Shown in pieces: positions 50,251 through 62,727 of a DNA stretch of 64,000 nucleotides. The position numbers and the translations under genes were made by a program. The notes beneath the pieces are model-generated. The model did no database searches, had not been told where the DNA came from, and saw nothing but the letters and a program-made list of their open reading frames with translations. Source of the DNA: Ranitomeya imitator. Lineage: Eukaryota. The stretch lies in assembly GCF_032444005.1 (NCBI RefSeq), contig NC_091288.1, forward strand, positions 8,556,001 to 8,620,000, written 5' to 3'. The first letter of the stretch is position 1, and every line of letters begins with the position of its first letter.

Positions 50251-50513
50251 GGAGCTCAGAAGAGCCACCACCCGATCTGCTAGTGGCCCCTCCATGTGAG
50301 GGGGCCCGGGGCAGCCACAGTCCCTCCAGGTCCTGTACACATTATATATCCAGCTTTCTTTACATAGGACTGCACATAACGGGATGAGATTGTGACGGAC
50401 GCAGATGTGGTTGTATTATTACAATGTGGTAACAAGAAAAGGAAATAACAGCGATAAAAGATACATAATGGAGGAGGAAGGAGAAGAAGCAATGAGCTGC
50501 AACCGCAGCCTTA

Positions 50514-50819
50514 GGGTTTCCACGTTCAGGCATTGAGCCGCAGCCTCAAAAACGCAGGGTCCAGATGTTACAGCATAGTGGAGGGGATTATTTCATGAAA
50601 TCCCGTCTCCACTATGCGTTAAAAGACGCATGCGGCAGACCCGCGAAGACGGACATGTGGCGCGGCTTTTAAGAACGCATCATGTCCTTACATTGCAGAA
50701 AAAACGCAAGGACGGCGCAGGTGACCTGCCAGTGACCTCAGGTGCAGATTTGGTGCAGATTTTACCTGCATAAAATCCTGACCAAATCCTGATGCCATCC
50801 TGAACGTGGACACAGACCC
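50514..50819. mobile_element. Degenerate Harbinger-type MITE
   Basis: CCACGTTCAGG / CCTGAACGTGG subterminal arms; TTA / TAA flanks. Confidence 0.65.
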
Positions 50820-50894
50820 TAAAAGGGGAAGTCTGGTTATTAAAGAAGAAATCTTCCTGCCTTAGATCTGCAGAAACTGCTACTCTGCACAATG

Positions 50895-53800
50895 CAGTCT
50901 CTCTGTCTTCTCTATGGTCTCTTTCTACTTTGCTGTCTCTTCTCTGCAGTCTCTTTCTTCTCTGCACTCTCTTTCTCCTCTGCAGTCTCTTTCTTCTCTG
51001 CACTCTCTTTCTCCTCTGCAGTCTCTTTCTTCTCTGTAGTCTCTTCTCTGCAGTCTCTTTCTCCTCTGCAGTCTCTTTCTCCTCTGCAGTCTCTTTCTTA
51101 TCTGCACTCTCTTTCTCCTCTGCAGTCTCTTTCTTCTCTGCAGTCTTTCTCCTCTGCAGTCTCTTCTCTGCACTCTCTTCTCTGCAGTCTCTTTCTCCTC
51201 TGCACTCTCTTTCTCCTCTGCAGTCTCTTTCTTCTCTGCACTCTCTTTCCCCTCTGCACTCTCTTTCTCCTCTGCACTCTCTTTCTTCTCTGCACTCTCT
51301 TCTCTGTAGTCTCTTTCTTCTCTGCAGTCTCTTTCTCCTCTGCAGTCTCTTCTCTGCACTCTCTTTCTCCTCTGCACTCTCTTTCTCCTCTGCACTCTCT
51401 TTCTTCTCTGCAGTCTCTTTCTTCTCTGCAGTCTCTTTCTCCTCTGCAGTCTCTTCTCTGCACTCTCTTTCTTCTCTGCAGTCTCTTTCTCCTCTGCACT
51501 CTCTTTCTCCTCTGCACTCTCTGTCTCCTCTGCAGTCTCTTTCTCCTCTGCACTCTCTTTCCCCTCTGCACTCTCTTTCTCCTCTGCACTCTCTTTCTCC
51601 TCTGCACTCTCTTTCTTCTCTGCACTCTCTTTCTTCTCTGTAGTCTCTTTCTTTTCTGCAGTCTCTTTCTCCTCTGCACTCTCTTTCTTCTCTGCACTCT
51701 CTTTCTTCTCTGCAGTCTCTTTCTCCTCTGCAGTCTCTTCTCTGCACTCTTTCTTCTCTGCAGTCTCTTTCTCCTCTGCACTCTCTTTCTCCTCTGCACT
51801 CTCTGTCTCCTCTGCAGTCTCTTTCTCCTCTGCACTCTCTTTCCCCTCTGCACTCTCTTTCTTCTCTGCACTCTCTTTCTTCTCTGCACTCTCTGTCTCC
51901 TCTGCAGTCTCTTTCTCCTCTGCACTCTCTTTCTCCTCTGCACTCTCTTTCTCCTCTGCACTCTCTTTCTTCTCTGCACTCTCTTTCTTCTCTGCAGTCT
52001 CTTTCTCCTCTGCACTCTCTTTCTTCTCTGCACTCTCTTTCTCCTCTGCAGTCTCTTTCTTCTCTGCACTCTCTTTCTTCTCTGCACTCTCTTTCTCCTC
52101 TGCACTCTCTGTCTCCTCTGCAGTCTCTTTCTTCTCTGCAGTCTCTTTCTCCTCTGCACTCTCTGTCTCCTCTGCAGTCTCTTTCTTCTCTGCAGTCTCT
52201 TTCTCCTCTGCACTCTCTGTCTCATCTGCACTCTTTCTTCTCTGCAGTCTCTTTCTCCTCTGCACTCTCTTTCTTCTCTGCACTCTCTTTCTTCTCTGCA
52301 CTCTCTTTCTCCTCTGCACTCTCTGTCTCCTCTGCAGTCTCTTTCTTCTCTGCAGTCTCTTTCTCCTCTGCACTCTCTGTCTCCTCTGCAGTCTCTTTCT
52401 TCTCTGCAGTCTCTTTCTCCTCTGCACTCTCTGTCTCCTCTGCAGTCTCTTTCTTCTCTGCAGTCTCTTTCTCCTCTGCACTCTCTGTCTCATCTGCAGT
52501 CTCTTCTCTGCAGTCTCTTTCTCCTCTGCACTCTCTTTCTTCTCTGCACTTTCTTCTCTGCAGTCTCTTTCTCCTCTGCACTCTCTTTCTTCTCTGCAGT
52601 CACTTTCTTCTCTGCAGTCTCTTTCTCCTCTGCACTCTCTTTCTTCTCTGCAGTCTCTTTCTCCTCTGCACTCTCTGTCTCCTCTGCAGTCTCTTTCTTC
52701 TCTGCAGTCTCTTTCTCCTCTGCACTCTCTTTCTCCTCTGCACTCTCTTTCTCCTCTGCACTCTCTTTCTCCTCTGCACTCTCTTTCTCCTCTGCACTCT
52801 CTGTCTCCTCTGCAGTCTCTTTCTCCTCTGCACTCTCTTTCCCCTCTGCACTCTCTTTCTTCTCTGCACTCTCTTTCTTCTCTGCACTCTCTGTCTCCTC
52901 TGCAGTCTCTTTCTCCTCTGCACTCTCTTTCTCCTCTGCACTCTCTTTCTCCTCTGCACTCTCTTTCTTCTCTGCACTCTCTTTCTTCTCTGCAGTCTCT
53001 TTCTCCTCTGCACTCTCTTTCTTCTCTGCACTCTTTCTCCTCTGCAGTCTCTTTCTTCTCTGCACTCTCTTTCTTCTCTGCACTCTCTTTCTCCTCTGCA
53101 CTCTCTGTCTCCTCTGCAGTCTCTTTCTTCTCTGCAGTCTCTTTCTCCTCTGCACTCTCTGTCTCCTCTGCAGTCTCTTTCTTCTCTGCAGTCTCTTTCT
53201 CCTCTGCACTCTCTGTCTCATCTGCACTCTTTCTTCTCTGCAGTCTCTTTCTCCTCTGCACTCTCTTTCTTCTCTGCACTCTCTTTCTTCTCTGCACTCT
53301 CTTTCTCCTCTGCACTCTCTGTCTCCTCTGCAGTCTCTTTCTTCTCTGCAGTCTCTTTCTCCTCTGCACTCTCTGTCTCCTCTGCAGTCTCTTTCTTCTC
53401 TGCAGTCTCTTTCTCCTCTGCACTCTCTGTCTCCTCTGCAGTCTCTTTCTTCTCTGCAGTCTCTTTCTCCTCTGCACTCTCTGTCTCATCTGCAGTCTCT
53501 TCTCTGCAGTCTCTTTCTCCTCTGCACTCTTTCTTCTCTGCACTTTCTTCTCTGCAGTCTCTTTCTCCTCTGCACTCTCTTTCTTCTCTGCAGTCACTTT
53601 CTTCTCTGCAGTCTCTTTCTCCTCTGCACTCTCTTTCTTCTCTGCAGTCTCTTTCTCCTCTGCACTCTCTGTCTCCTCTGCAGTCTCTTTCTTCTCTGCA
53701 GTCTCTTTCTCCTCTGCACTCTCTGTCTCATCTGCAGTCTCTTCTCTGCAGTCTCTTTCTCCTCTGCACTCTCTTTCTTCTCTGCACTTTCTTCTCTGCA

Positions 53801-54398
53801 GTCTCTTTCTCCTCTGCACTCTCTTTCTTCTCTGCACTCTTTCTTCTCTGCAGTCTCTTTCTTCTCTGCAGTCTCTTCTCTGCAGTCTCTTTCTCCTCTG
53901 CACTCTCTGTCTCCTCTGCAGTCTCTTTCTCCTCTGCACTCTCTGTCTCCTCTGCAGTCTCTTTCTTCTCTGCAGTCTCTTTCTCCTCTGCACTCTCTGT
54001 CTCATCTGCAGTCTCTTCTCTGCAGTCTCTTTCTCCTCTGCACTCTCTTTCTTCTCTGCACTTTCTTCTCTGCAGTCTCTTTCTCCTCTGCAGTCTCTTT
54101 CTTCTCTGCAGTCTCTTTCTCCTCTGCACTCTCTTTCTTCTCTGCACTTTCTTCTCTGCAGTCTCTTTCTCCTCTGCACTCTCTTTCTTCTCTGCACTCT
54201 TTCTTCTCTGCAGTCTCTTCTCTGCACTCTCTTTCTCCTCTGCACTCTCTTTCTTCTCTGCACTTTCTTCTCTGCAGTCTCTTTCTCCTCTGCAGTCTCT
54301 TTCTCCTCTGCAGTCTCTTTCTTCTCTGCAGTCTCTTTCTCCTCTGCACTCTCTTTCTTCTCTGCAGTCTCTTCTCTGCACTCTCTTTCTTCTCTGCA
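50895..54398. repeat. Pyrimidine-rich 18-bp satellite (CTCTGCA[G/C]TCTCTTTCT[C/T]), about 190 copies
   Basis: Unit read directly; 6-aa periodic ORFs, including the 1193-aa and 1112-aa ORFs. Confidence 0.96.
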
Positions 54399-54439
54399 GC
54401 CTGTTCACACTCATTCTTTTACACTCAGGTGAAGAATTC

Positions 54440-54850
54440 TCTCCTACCTGTCAGGGTATGCTGGGACTTGTAGTTTCTCGCCGGCTGGCGCGTTACAGTC
54501 TTGTAGAAACAATCACTAATGATATAAACAAGTATATGTAAAATAATAAACTTCTCATCTCTGGGGGGCAGAACACCAGAAATACAGCAGCTCCCGGACA
54601 CAGGAGACTGTGGTCAGACACCGCCGGTGTCTCCCGGGCTTTGCCGGGTCAGGTGGGCGCAGGTCACCGCTGGGGAAGCCGGGCGCCACCTTAGGGCAGC
54701 CGAGCACTGGGCGCTAAGCCGATGGTGCAGACAGAGCTCGGCGGAGCCGGGGGTCCGGGCAGCATCACATTGTACTACGGGGGGCTGCCGACCTGTTCTC
54801 ACTGCTGGCGGAAGTCACAGCCGCAGCACTGGACATGATGAGAGTAGTAG
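54440..54850. promoter_or_regulatory. CpG-rich promoter-like island with a ZNF143/ACTACA motif
   Basis: Minus strand AACTACAAGTCCCAGCATAC at about 54456-54475; ETS-like GCGGAAGT near 54808; minus-strand donor CAG|GTAGGA at 54448/54447. Direction unresolved. Confidence 0.5.
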
Positions 54851-55194
54851 TTAACTACCAGATGGGGCAGAAATTCAGTCCTGGCATTTGACATCACACA
54901 GACCCGATCACCAGATGGGATATATCACTAATATTACCCTGGATGGAAGAAAGGAAGATTTACTACAAGACCAATATTCTAATGATCCCCGCGGCTGCTG
55001 GGGGAAGTGACGGAGTCAGTGACTTTGTGCTTCGTCACAACTCTTAACAGTATGGGGGTCTTGAGATCTCCGATTCTGTTAACAATGTAGTAGACAAGGC
55101 GAGAACAGGTGTGAACAGTTCCATAAGGGTGACCATCTAACGGACACTATAACTAAGGGAAAAAATATGTACAGTAATAATGAGAAGATACTCC

Positions 55195-57400
55195 GGAGCT
55201 GCGCTCACTATTCTGCTGGTGCAGTCACTGTGTACATACATTACATTACTGATCCTGAGTTACATCCTGTATTATACTCGAGAGCTGCACTCACTATTCT
55301 GCTGGTGCAGTCACTGTGTACATACATTACATTACTGATCCTGAGTTACATCCTGTATTATACTCCAGAGCTGCACTCACTATTCTGCTGGTGCAGTCAC
55401 TGTGTACATACATTACATTACTGATCCTGAGTTACATCCTGTATTATACTCGAGAGCTGCACTCACTATTCTGCTGGTGCAGTCACTGTGTACATACATT
55501 ACATTACTGATCCTGAGTTACATCCTGTATTATACCCCAGAGCTGCACTCACTATTCTGCTGGTGCAGTCACTGTGTACATACATTACATTACTGAACCT
55601 GATTTACCTCCAGTATTATACTCCAGAGCTGCACTCACTATTCTGCTGGTGCAGTCACTGTGTACATACATTACATTGCTGATCCTGAGTTACATCCTGT
55701 ATTATACTCGAGAGCTGCACTCACTATTCTGCTGGTGCAGTCACTGTGTACATACATTACATTACTGAACCTGATTTACCTCCAGTATTATACTCCATAG
55801 CTGCACTCACTATTCTGCTGGTGCAGTCACTGTGTACATACATTACATTACTGAACCTGAGTTACATCCTGTATTATACTCCATAGCTGCACTCACTATT
55901 CTGCTGGTGCAGTCACTGTGTACATACATTACATTACTGATCCTGAGTTACATCCTGTATTATACTCCATAGCTGCACTCACTATTCTGCTGGTGCAGTC
56001 ACTGTGTACATACATTACATTACTGATCCTGAGTTACATCCTGTATTATACTCCAGAGCTGCACTCACTATTCTGCTGGTGCAGTCACTGTGTACATACA
56101 TTACATTACTGATCCTGAGTTACATCCTGTATTATACTCCAGAGCTGCACTCACTATTCTGCTGGTGCAGTCACTGTGGACATACATTACATTGCTGATC
56201 CTGAGTTACCTCCTGTATTATACTCCAGAGCTGCACTCACTATTCTGCTGGTGCAGTCACTGTGTACATACATTACATTACTGATCCTGAGTTACATCCT
56301 GTATTATACTCCAGAGCTGTGCTCACTATTCTGCTGGTGCAGTCACTGTGTACATACATTACTGATCCTGAGTTACATCCTGTATTATACCCCAGAGCAG
56401 CACTCACTATTCTGCTGGTGCAGTCACTGTGTACATACATTACTGATCCTGAGTTACATCCTGTATTATACCCCAGAGCTGCACTCACTATTCTGCTGGT
56501 GCAGTCACTGTGTACATACATTACATTACTGATCCTGAGTTACATCCTGTATTATACTCCAGAGCTGCACTCACTATTCTGCTGGTGCAGTCACTGTGTA
56601 CATACATTACATTACTGATCCTGAGTTACATCCTGTATTATACTCCAGAGCTGCACTCACTATTCTGCTGGTGCAGTCACTGGGTACATACATTACAGTA
56701 CTGATCCTGAGTTACATCCTGTATTATACTCCAGAGCTGCACTCACTATTCTGCTGGTGCAGTCACTGGGTACATATATTACATTACTGATCCTGAGTTA
56801 CATCCTGTATTATACTCCAGAGCTGCACTCACTATTCTGCTGGTGCAGTCACTGTGTACATACATTACATTACTGATCCTGAGTTACATCCTGTATTATA
56901 CTCCAGAGCTGCACTCACTATTCTGCTGGTGCAGTCACTGGGTACATACATTACATTACTGATCCTGAGTTACATCCTGTATTATACTCCAGAGCTGCAC
57001 TCACTATTCTGCTGGTGCAGTCACTGTGTACATACATTACATTACTGATCCTGAGTTACATCCTGTATTATACTCCAGAGCTGCACTCACTATTCTGCTG
57101 GTGCAGTCACTGTGTACATACATTACATTACTGATCCTGAGTTACATCCTGTATTATACTCCAGAGCTGCACTCACTATTCTGCTGGTGCAGTCACTGGG
57201 TACATATATTACATTACTGATCCTGAGTTACATCCTGTATTATACTCCAGAGCTGCACTCACTATTCTGCTGGTGCAGTCACTGGGTACATACATTACAT
57301 TACTGATCCTGAGTTACATCCTGTATTATACTCCAGAGCTGCACTCACTATTCTGCTGGTGCAGTCACTGGGTACATACATTACATTACTGATCCTGAGT
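55195..57400 (+). repeat. 86-bp satellite, about 26 copies
   Basis: CTGCACTCACTATTCTGCTGGTGCAGTCACTGTGTACATACATTACATTACTGATCCTGAGTTACATCCTGTATTATACTCCAGAG; ORFs spaced 86 bp. Confidence 0.97.
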
Positions 57401-57419
57401 CCTGCAGTGTCAGTGGCAG

Positions 57420-57692
57420 ATTTCCCAGCATTCTCTTCTGCTCGGTTATTGATGGGTTTAAGCTGTTTATTGTTTTAATAAATGAGATTTGGGCTGTTTC
57501 TCCTTTCACCACCAGGTGTCGCTGCTGCGCACAGGGTTCGGGTCCTCACTGCTGAGACGTTTCACTCCGCCCTCATCCGTCCTCGCCCCTCCCCTCTGGT
57601 TGGGACATGCGGTGACGTCATCCCGGTCGGTTTTCTCCGCTCTCTGGGCCGGAGTGTTGTTGCTGTCGGGATATGTCCGCTGTCAGGTGAGT
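57420..57692 (+). promoter_or_regulatory. Candidate promoter and non-coding first exon of the kelch gene
   Basis: CpG-rich; ZNF143-like TTCCCAGCATTC (57422-57433); full CRE TGACGTCA (57613-57620); consensus donor CAG|GTGAGT at 57686/57687. Confidence 0.5.
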
Positions 57693-58071
57693 GATATCGC
57701 GGTGATGAGCTTCTGTCAGTAATCAGTTGTGTCATGATACAAGGCAGTGTGGAGACCGTTACACTCACAGCTGGAGGAGAGCTGAAACTGACTGGGTATC
57801 ACGACATGACAGTATCGTGCAGATCGCGGCGCCTCCCGATGTGACCACGTAGTATTGGCGGAGCTGTTATCCAGCGGTGACTTGTAGATCCAGGGGCTGC
57901 GGAGACCCCGTGTGATATCAGCAAAGCCTGTGTGGGGGTCAGGACTGGGGACGTCTGTGTGAGCGGCGGCTCCTGGGGCCAATCAGATAATTCACAGTTA
58001 ACTCCGCCCTCATTCGGCAGCCCCGCCCACGAGGAAACGGGAAACACCAACCATATTAACAGCAGCGCAAG

Positions 58072-60418
58072 ACGGGGCCCCCCTGTGTGAGGGCGAGAGA
58101 CGGGGGCCCCCCTGTGTGAGGGCGAGAGACGGGGCCCCCCTGTGTGAGGGAGAGAGACGGGGCCCCCCTGTGTGAGGGAGAGAGACGGGGCCCCCCTGTG
58201 TGAGGGCGAGAGCCGGGGCCCCCCTGTGTGAGGGAGAGAGACGGGGCCCCCCTGTGTGAAGGCGAGAGCCGGGGGCCCCCCTGTGTGAGGGCGAGAGCCG
58301 GGGCCCCCCTGTGTGAGGGAGAGAGACGGGCCCCCCTGTGTGAGGGCGAGAGACGGGGCCCCCTGTGTGAGGGCGAGAGGCGGGGCCCCCCTGTGTGAGG
58401 GCGAGAGACGGAGCCCCCCTGTGTGAGGGAGAGAGACGGGCCCCCCTGTGTGAGGGCGAGAGACGGGGCCCCCTGTGTGAGGGCGAGAGGCGGGGGCCCC
58501 CTGTGTGAGGGCGAGAGACGGGGCCCCCCTGTGTGAGGGAGAGAGACGGGGCCCCCTGTGTGAGGGCGAGAGACGGGGGCCCCCCTGTGTGAGGGCGAGA
58601 GACGGGGGCCCCCCTGTGTGAGGGCGAGAGACGGGGCCCCCCTGTGTGAGGGAGAGAGACGGGGCCCCCCTGTGTGAGGGAGAGAGACGGGGCCCCCTGT
58701 GTGAGGGCGAAACGGGGCCCCCTGTGTGAGGGAGAGAGACGGGGCCCCCTGTGTGAGGGCGAGAGACGGGGCCCCCCTGTGTGAGGGCGAAACGGGGCCC
58801 CCCTGTGTGAGGGAGAGAGACGGGGCCCCCTGTGTGAGGGCGAGAGACGGGGCCCCCCTGTGTGAGGGCGAGAGACGGGGCCCCCTGTGTGAGGGCGAAA
58901 CGGGGCCCCCCTGTGTGAGGGAGAGAGACGGGGCCCCCTGTGTGAGGGCGAGAGACGGGGCCCCCCTGTGTGAGGGCGAGAGCCAGGGGCCCCCCTGTGT
59001 GAGGGCGAGAGACGGGGCCCCCTGTGTGAGGGCGAAACGGGGCCCCCCTGTGTGAGGGAGAGAGACGGGGCCCCCTGTGTGAGGGAGAGAGACGGGCCCC
59101 CCTGTGTGAGGGCGAGAGCCGGGGCCCCCTGTGTGAGGGCGAAACGGGGCCCCCCTGTGTGAGGGCGAAACGGGGCCCCCCTGTGTGAGGGAGAGAGACG
59201 GGGCCCCCCTGTGTGAGGGCGAGAGACGGGGGCCCCCTGTGTGAGGGAGAGAGACGGGGCCCCCCTGTGTGAGGGCGAGAGCCGGGGCCCCCCTGTGTGA
59301 GGGCGAGAGACGGGGCCCCCCTGTGTGAGGGCGAGAGACGGGGCCCCCCTGTGTGAGGGCGAGAGCCGGGGCCCCCCTGTGTGAGGGCGAGAGACGGGGG
59401 CCCCCTGTGTGAGGGCGAGAGACGGGGGCCCCCTGTGTGAGGGCGAGAGACGGGGCCCCCCTGTGTGAGGGAGAGAGACGGGGCCCCCCTGTGTGAGGGC
59501 GAGAGACGGGGGCCCCCTGTGTGAGGGAGAGAGACGGGGCCCCCTGTGTGAGGGCGAGAGACGGGGCCCCCCTGTGTGAGGGCGAGAGCCGGGGGCCCCC
59601 CTGTGTGAGGGAGAGAGACGGGGCCCCCCTGTGTGAGGGAGAGAGACGGGGGCCCCCCTGTGTGAGGGCGAGAGCCGGGGGCCCCCCTGTGTGAGGGCGA
59701 GAGCCGGGGCCCCCCCTGTGTGAGGGCGAAACGGGGCCCCCCTGTGTGAGGGAGAGAGACGGGGCCCCCTGTGTGAGGGCAAGAGACGGGGCCCCCCTGT
59801 GTGAGGGAGAGAGACGGGGGCCCCCTGTGTGAGGGAGAGAGACGGGGCCCCCTGTGTGAGGGCGAGAGCCGGGGCCCCCCTGTGTGAGGGCGAGAGACGG
59901 GGCCCCCCTGTGTGAGGGCGAGAGTGCCGGGGCCCCCCTGTGTGAGGGCGAAACGGGGCCCCCCTGTGTGAGGGCGAGAGCCGGGGCCCCCCTGTGTGAG
60001 GGCGAGAGGCGGGGCCCCCCTGTGTGAGGGCGAGAGACGGGGCCCCCCTGTGTGAGGGCGAGAGGCGGGGCCCCCCTGTGTGAGGGCGAGAGGCGGGGCC
60101 CCCCTGTGTGAGGGCGAGAGCCGGGGCCCCCCTGTGTGAGAGCGAGAGCCGGGGCCCCCCTGTGTGAGAGCGAGAGCCGGGGCCCCCCTGTGTGAGAGCG
60201 AGAGCCGGGGCCCCCCTGTGTAAGAGCGAGAGTGCCGGGGCCCCCCTGTGTGAGGGCGAGAGTGCCAGGGCCCCCCTGTGTGAGGGCGAGAGCCGGGGCC
60301 CCCCTGTGTGAGGGCGAGAGCCGGGGCCCCCCTGTGTGAGGGCGAGAGCCGGGGCCCCCCTGTGTGAGGGCGAGAGCCGGGGCCCCCCTGTGTGAGGGCG
60401 AGAGCCGGGGCCCCCCTG
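58072..60418. repeat. GC-rich 27/28-bp tandem repeat (GGGGCCCCC[C]TGTGTGAGGG[C/A]GAGAGAC), about 85 copies
   Basis: Unit read directly; explains the 848-aa and 857-aa ORFs. Confidence 0.96.
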
Positions 60419-60894
60419 CATGAGAATGTGGCCCCCAGATGTCTTGGACCCCTGTGTGGCTCCAGTTTGTCCCCCCCGTATACAGAACAGTAGAGAAGCC
60501 GGAGGGGATGTGGCGATAATGAAGTAGCATCGTGCAGAGCGAGAAATTCTCATCATGTGCGGAGCCGGATCTCCTGTGTATGAGGCTCCGCCAGTGTCGG
60601 GCCCCCAGTAACATTGACTTTGGGGCCACTGTTCACCTCGTTCACAAATGTAACTCTATATATAGTAACTGGGGGTCTGGTTCAGCAGAGGCGGCTTTTT
60701 CTGTATGCAGAGAATTAAGTGAATTATGCCAAGTACTGCCCTGATCTACGCTGGGGCCCGCCGGGGGATTGCCCTGTTACCCTGGCGGCCAGTCCGAGCC
60801 TGGGCTCAGCGGATCCTTATGTCTCTTCATGTGATCCCTGACAGCCTGGATCATGGGAGATCGGGAATCCGGGCTGATCATCACCTCCAGGACT

Positions 60895-61900
60895 GCCAGT
60901 CACCAGATACTGATGATGGAGGAGACGGGCGGTCACCAGATACTGATGATGGAGGAGACGGGCAGTCACCAGATACTGATGATGGAGGAGACGGGCGGTC
61001 ACCGGATACTGATGATGGAGGAGACGGGCGGTCACCAGATACTGATGATGGAGGAGACGGGCAGTCACCAGATACTGATGATGGAGGAGACGGGCGGTCA
61101 CCAGATACTGATGATGGAGGAGACGGGCGGTCACCAGATACTGATGATGGAGGAGACGGGCGGTCACCAGATATTGATGATGGAGGTGAGGGGCGGTCAC
61201 CAGATACTGATGATGGAGGCGATGGGCGGTCACCAGATACTGATGATGGAGGAGACGGGCGGTCACCAGATACTGATGATGGAGGCGATGGGCGGTCACC
61301 AGATACTGATGATGGAGGAGACGGGCGGTCACCAGATACTGATGATGGAGGAGACGGGCGGTCACCAGATACTGATGATGGAGGAGACGGGCGGTCACCA
61401 GATACTGATGATGGAGGAGACGGGCGGTCACCAGATACTGATGATGGAGGAGATGGGCGGTCACCAGATACTGATGATGGAGGAGACGGGCGGTCACCAG
61501 ATATTGATGATGGAGGTGAGGGGCGGTCACCAGATACTGATGATGGAGGTGACGGGTGGTCACCAGATACTGATGATGGAGGCGATGGGCGGTCACCAGA
61601 TACTGATGATGGAGGCGATGGGCGGTCACCAGATACTGATGATGGAGGAGACGGGCGGTCACCAGATACTGATGATGGAGGCGATGGGCGGTCACCAGAT
61701 ACTGATGATGGAGGCGATGGGCGGTCACCAGATACTGATGATGGAGGAGACGGGCGGTCACCAGATACTGATGATGGAGGTGATGGGCGGTCACCAGATA
61801 CTGATGATGGAGGAGACGGGCGGTCACCAGATACTGATGATGGCGGAGACGGGTGGTCACCAGATACTGATGATGGAGGTGATGGGCAGTCACCAGATAT
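60895..61900. repeat. 33-bp tandem repeat (TCACCAGATACTGATGATGGAGGAGACGGGCGG), about 30 copies
   Basis: 11-aa periodic ORFs (SPDTDDGGDGR). Confidence 0.96.
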
Positions 61901-62344
61901 TGTTTGAATTTTCATTTCTCTTTTCTTCATTATCTCAGTTTATAAATTAGTACGATACATTTGCACAGGACTGCACGTGTGTATATATATATTATTATAC
62001 GGATATAGGATATTAGCGGCTGTCTGGTCGGCGCTGGATTCGATTCCACGAACGTGTCCCCGGAGGTGAATGACCCCTTTACTGCATTTTCCAGCTGCTG
62101 ACCCTCAGAGCAGCGCTCCGGCCCTTCTCCCCAGTGGTTTGGCGTCATGTTCCTGTGGTTTTGGCGGCAGGGGCGGCTGTAGCTTCCTGTGCAGCTTCGG
62201 TGCCATCTTGGCCGTTCTTCATGACTTTGGCGCACAGGAGTCGGTCGCCCCTGAGCCCATCCAGGTCATCTTAAATTGTAGTCTCCATTTTTGTCTTCCC
62301 GGCTGCAGGGGGCAGTGTGAGACCATGCGGAGGATCCGGCGAGA

Positions 62345-62507
62345 ATGATCACGGAGAGCGCTGACTGTGCCTGGGAGCCACTGTCCCGCAGGGAGAAGGT
62401 GCCATGTGACCGCTTCAAGCACGCCGCGGTGGCGTATAACGGCTTCGTGTACGTCCATGGCGGCAGGCAGGATACCGTCCTGGGGGATTTCTGGCGCTAC
62501 AGTATAG
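62345..62507 (+). CDS. Kelch-repeat protein, first coding exon (MITESADCAWEPLSRREKVPCDRFKHAAVAYNGFVYVHGGRQDTVLGDFWRYSI)
   Basis: Kelch signature R..H...aromatic-VHGG..DFW.Y; acceptor CAG at 62306-62308; donor G|GTGAGC, phase 1; in-frame upstream TGA supports ATG 62345 as the start. Confidence 0.85.
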
Positions 62508-62727
62508 GTGAGCGACATTTTACTGGTCCATTTGTTACAATGCCGGCATTGTTGTGTGATGAGCCGCAGCCAAGGACGGGTGCCCGCAGGAGCTGCCATC
62601 ATTAGTGCACCGCCCCTTTAAGCTTCCTGGCAGAGCTCCTGGGCACATTCCTTTGGCGTCTGCTGTTTGGTAAACACAATGTGACACTTCCTCGTACTCG
62701 TCATCACTCTCAGCCTCTCGTTTTCAG

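Noticed and set aside
50680-54473. 1193-aa and 1112-aa ORFs (Leu/Cys/Ser-rich, or Glu/Lys/Arg-rich coiled-coil-like)
   Set aside because: Stop-free 18-bp satellite open on both strands; no unique domain or splice context.
58010-60629. 848-aa and 857-aa collagen-like Gly/Pro ORFs
   Set aside because: Products of the 27/28-bp array, with constant frame switching from homopolymer length variation.
613-61900. CRISPR-like appearance of regularly spaced 26-34-bp repeats
   Set aside because: Units are head-to-tail with no unique spacers, there are no cas genes, and the context is eukaryotic.
60895-61900. CTGATGA (hammerhead core 1) in every 33-bp unit
   Set aside because: No GAAA core and no stems II or III.
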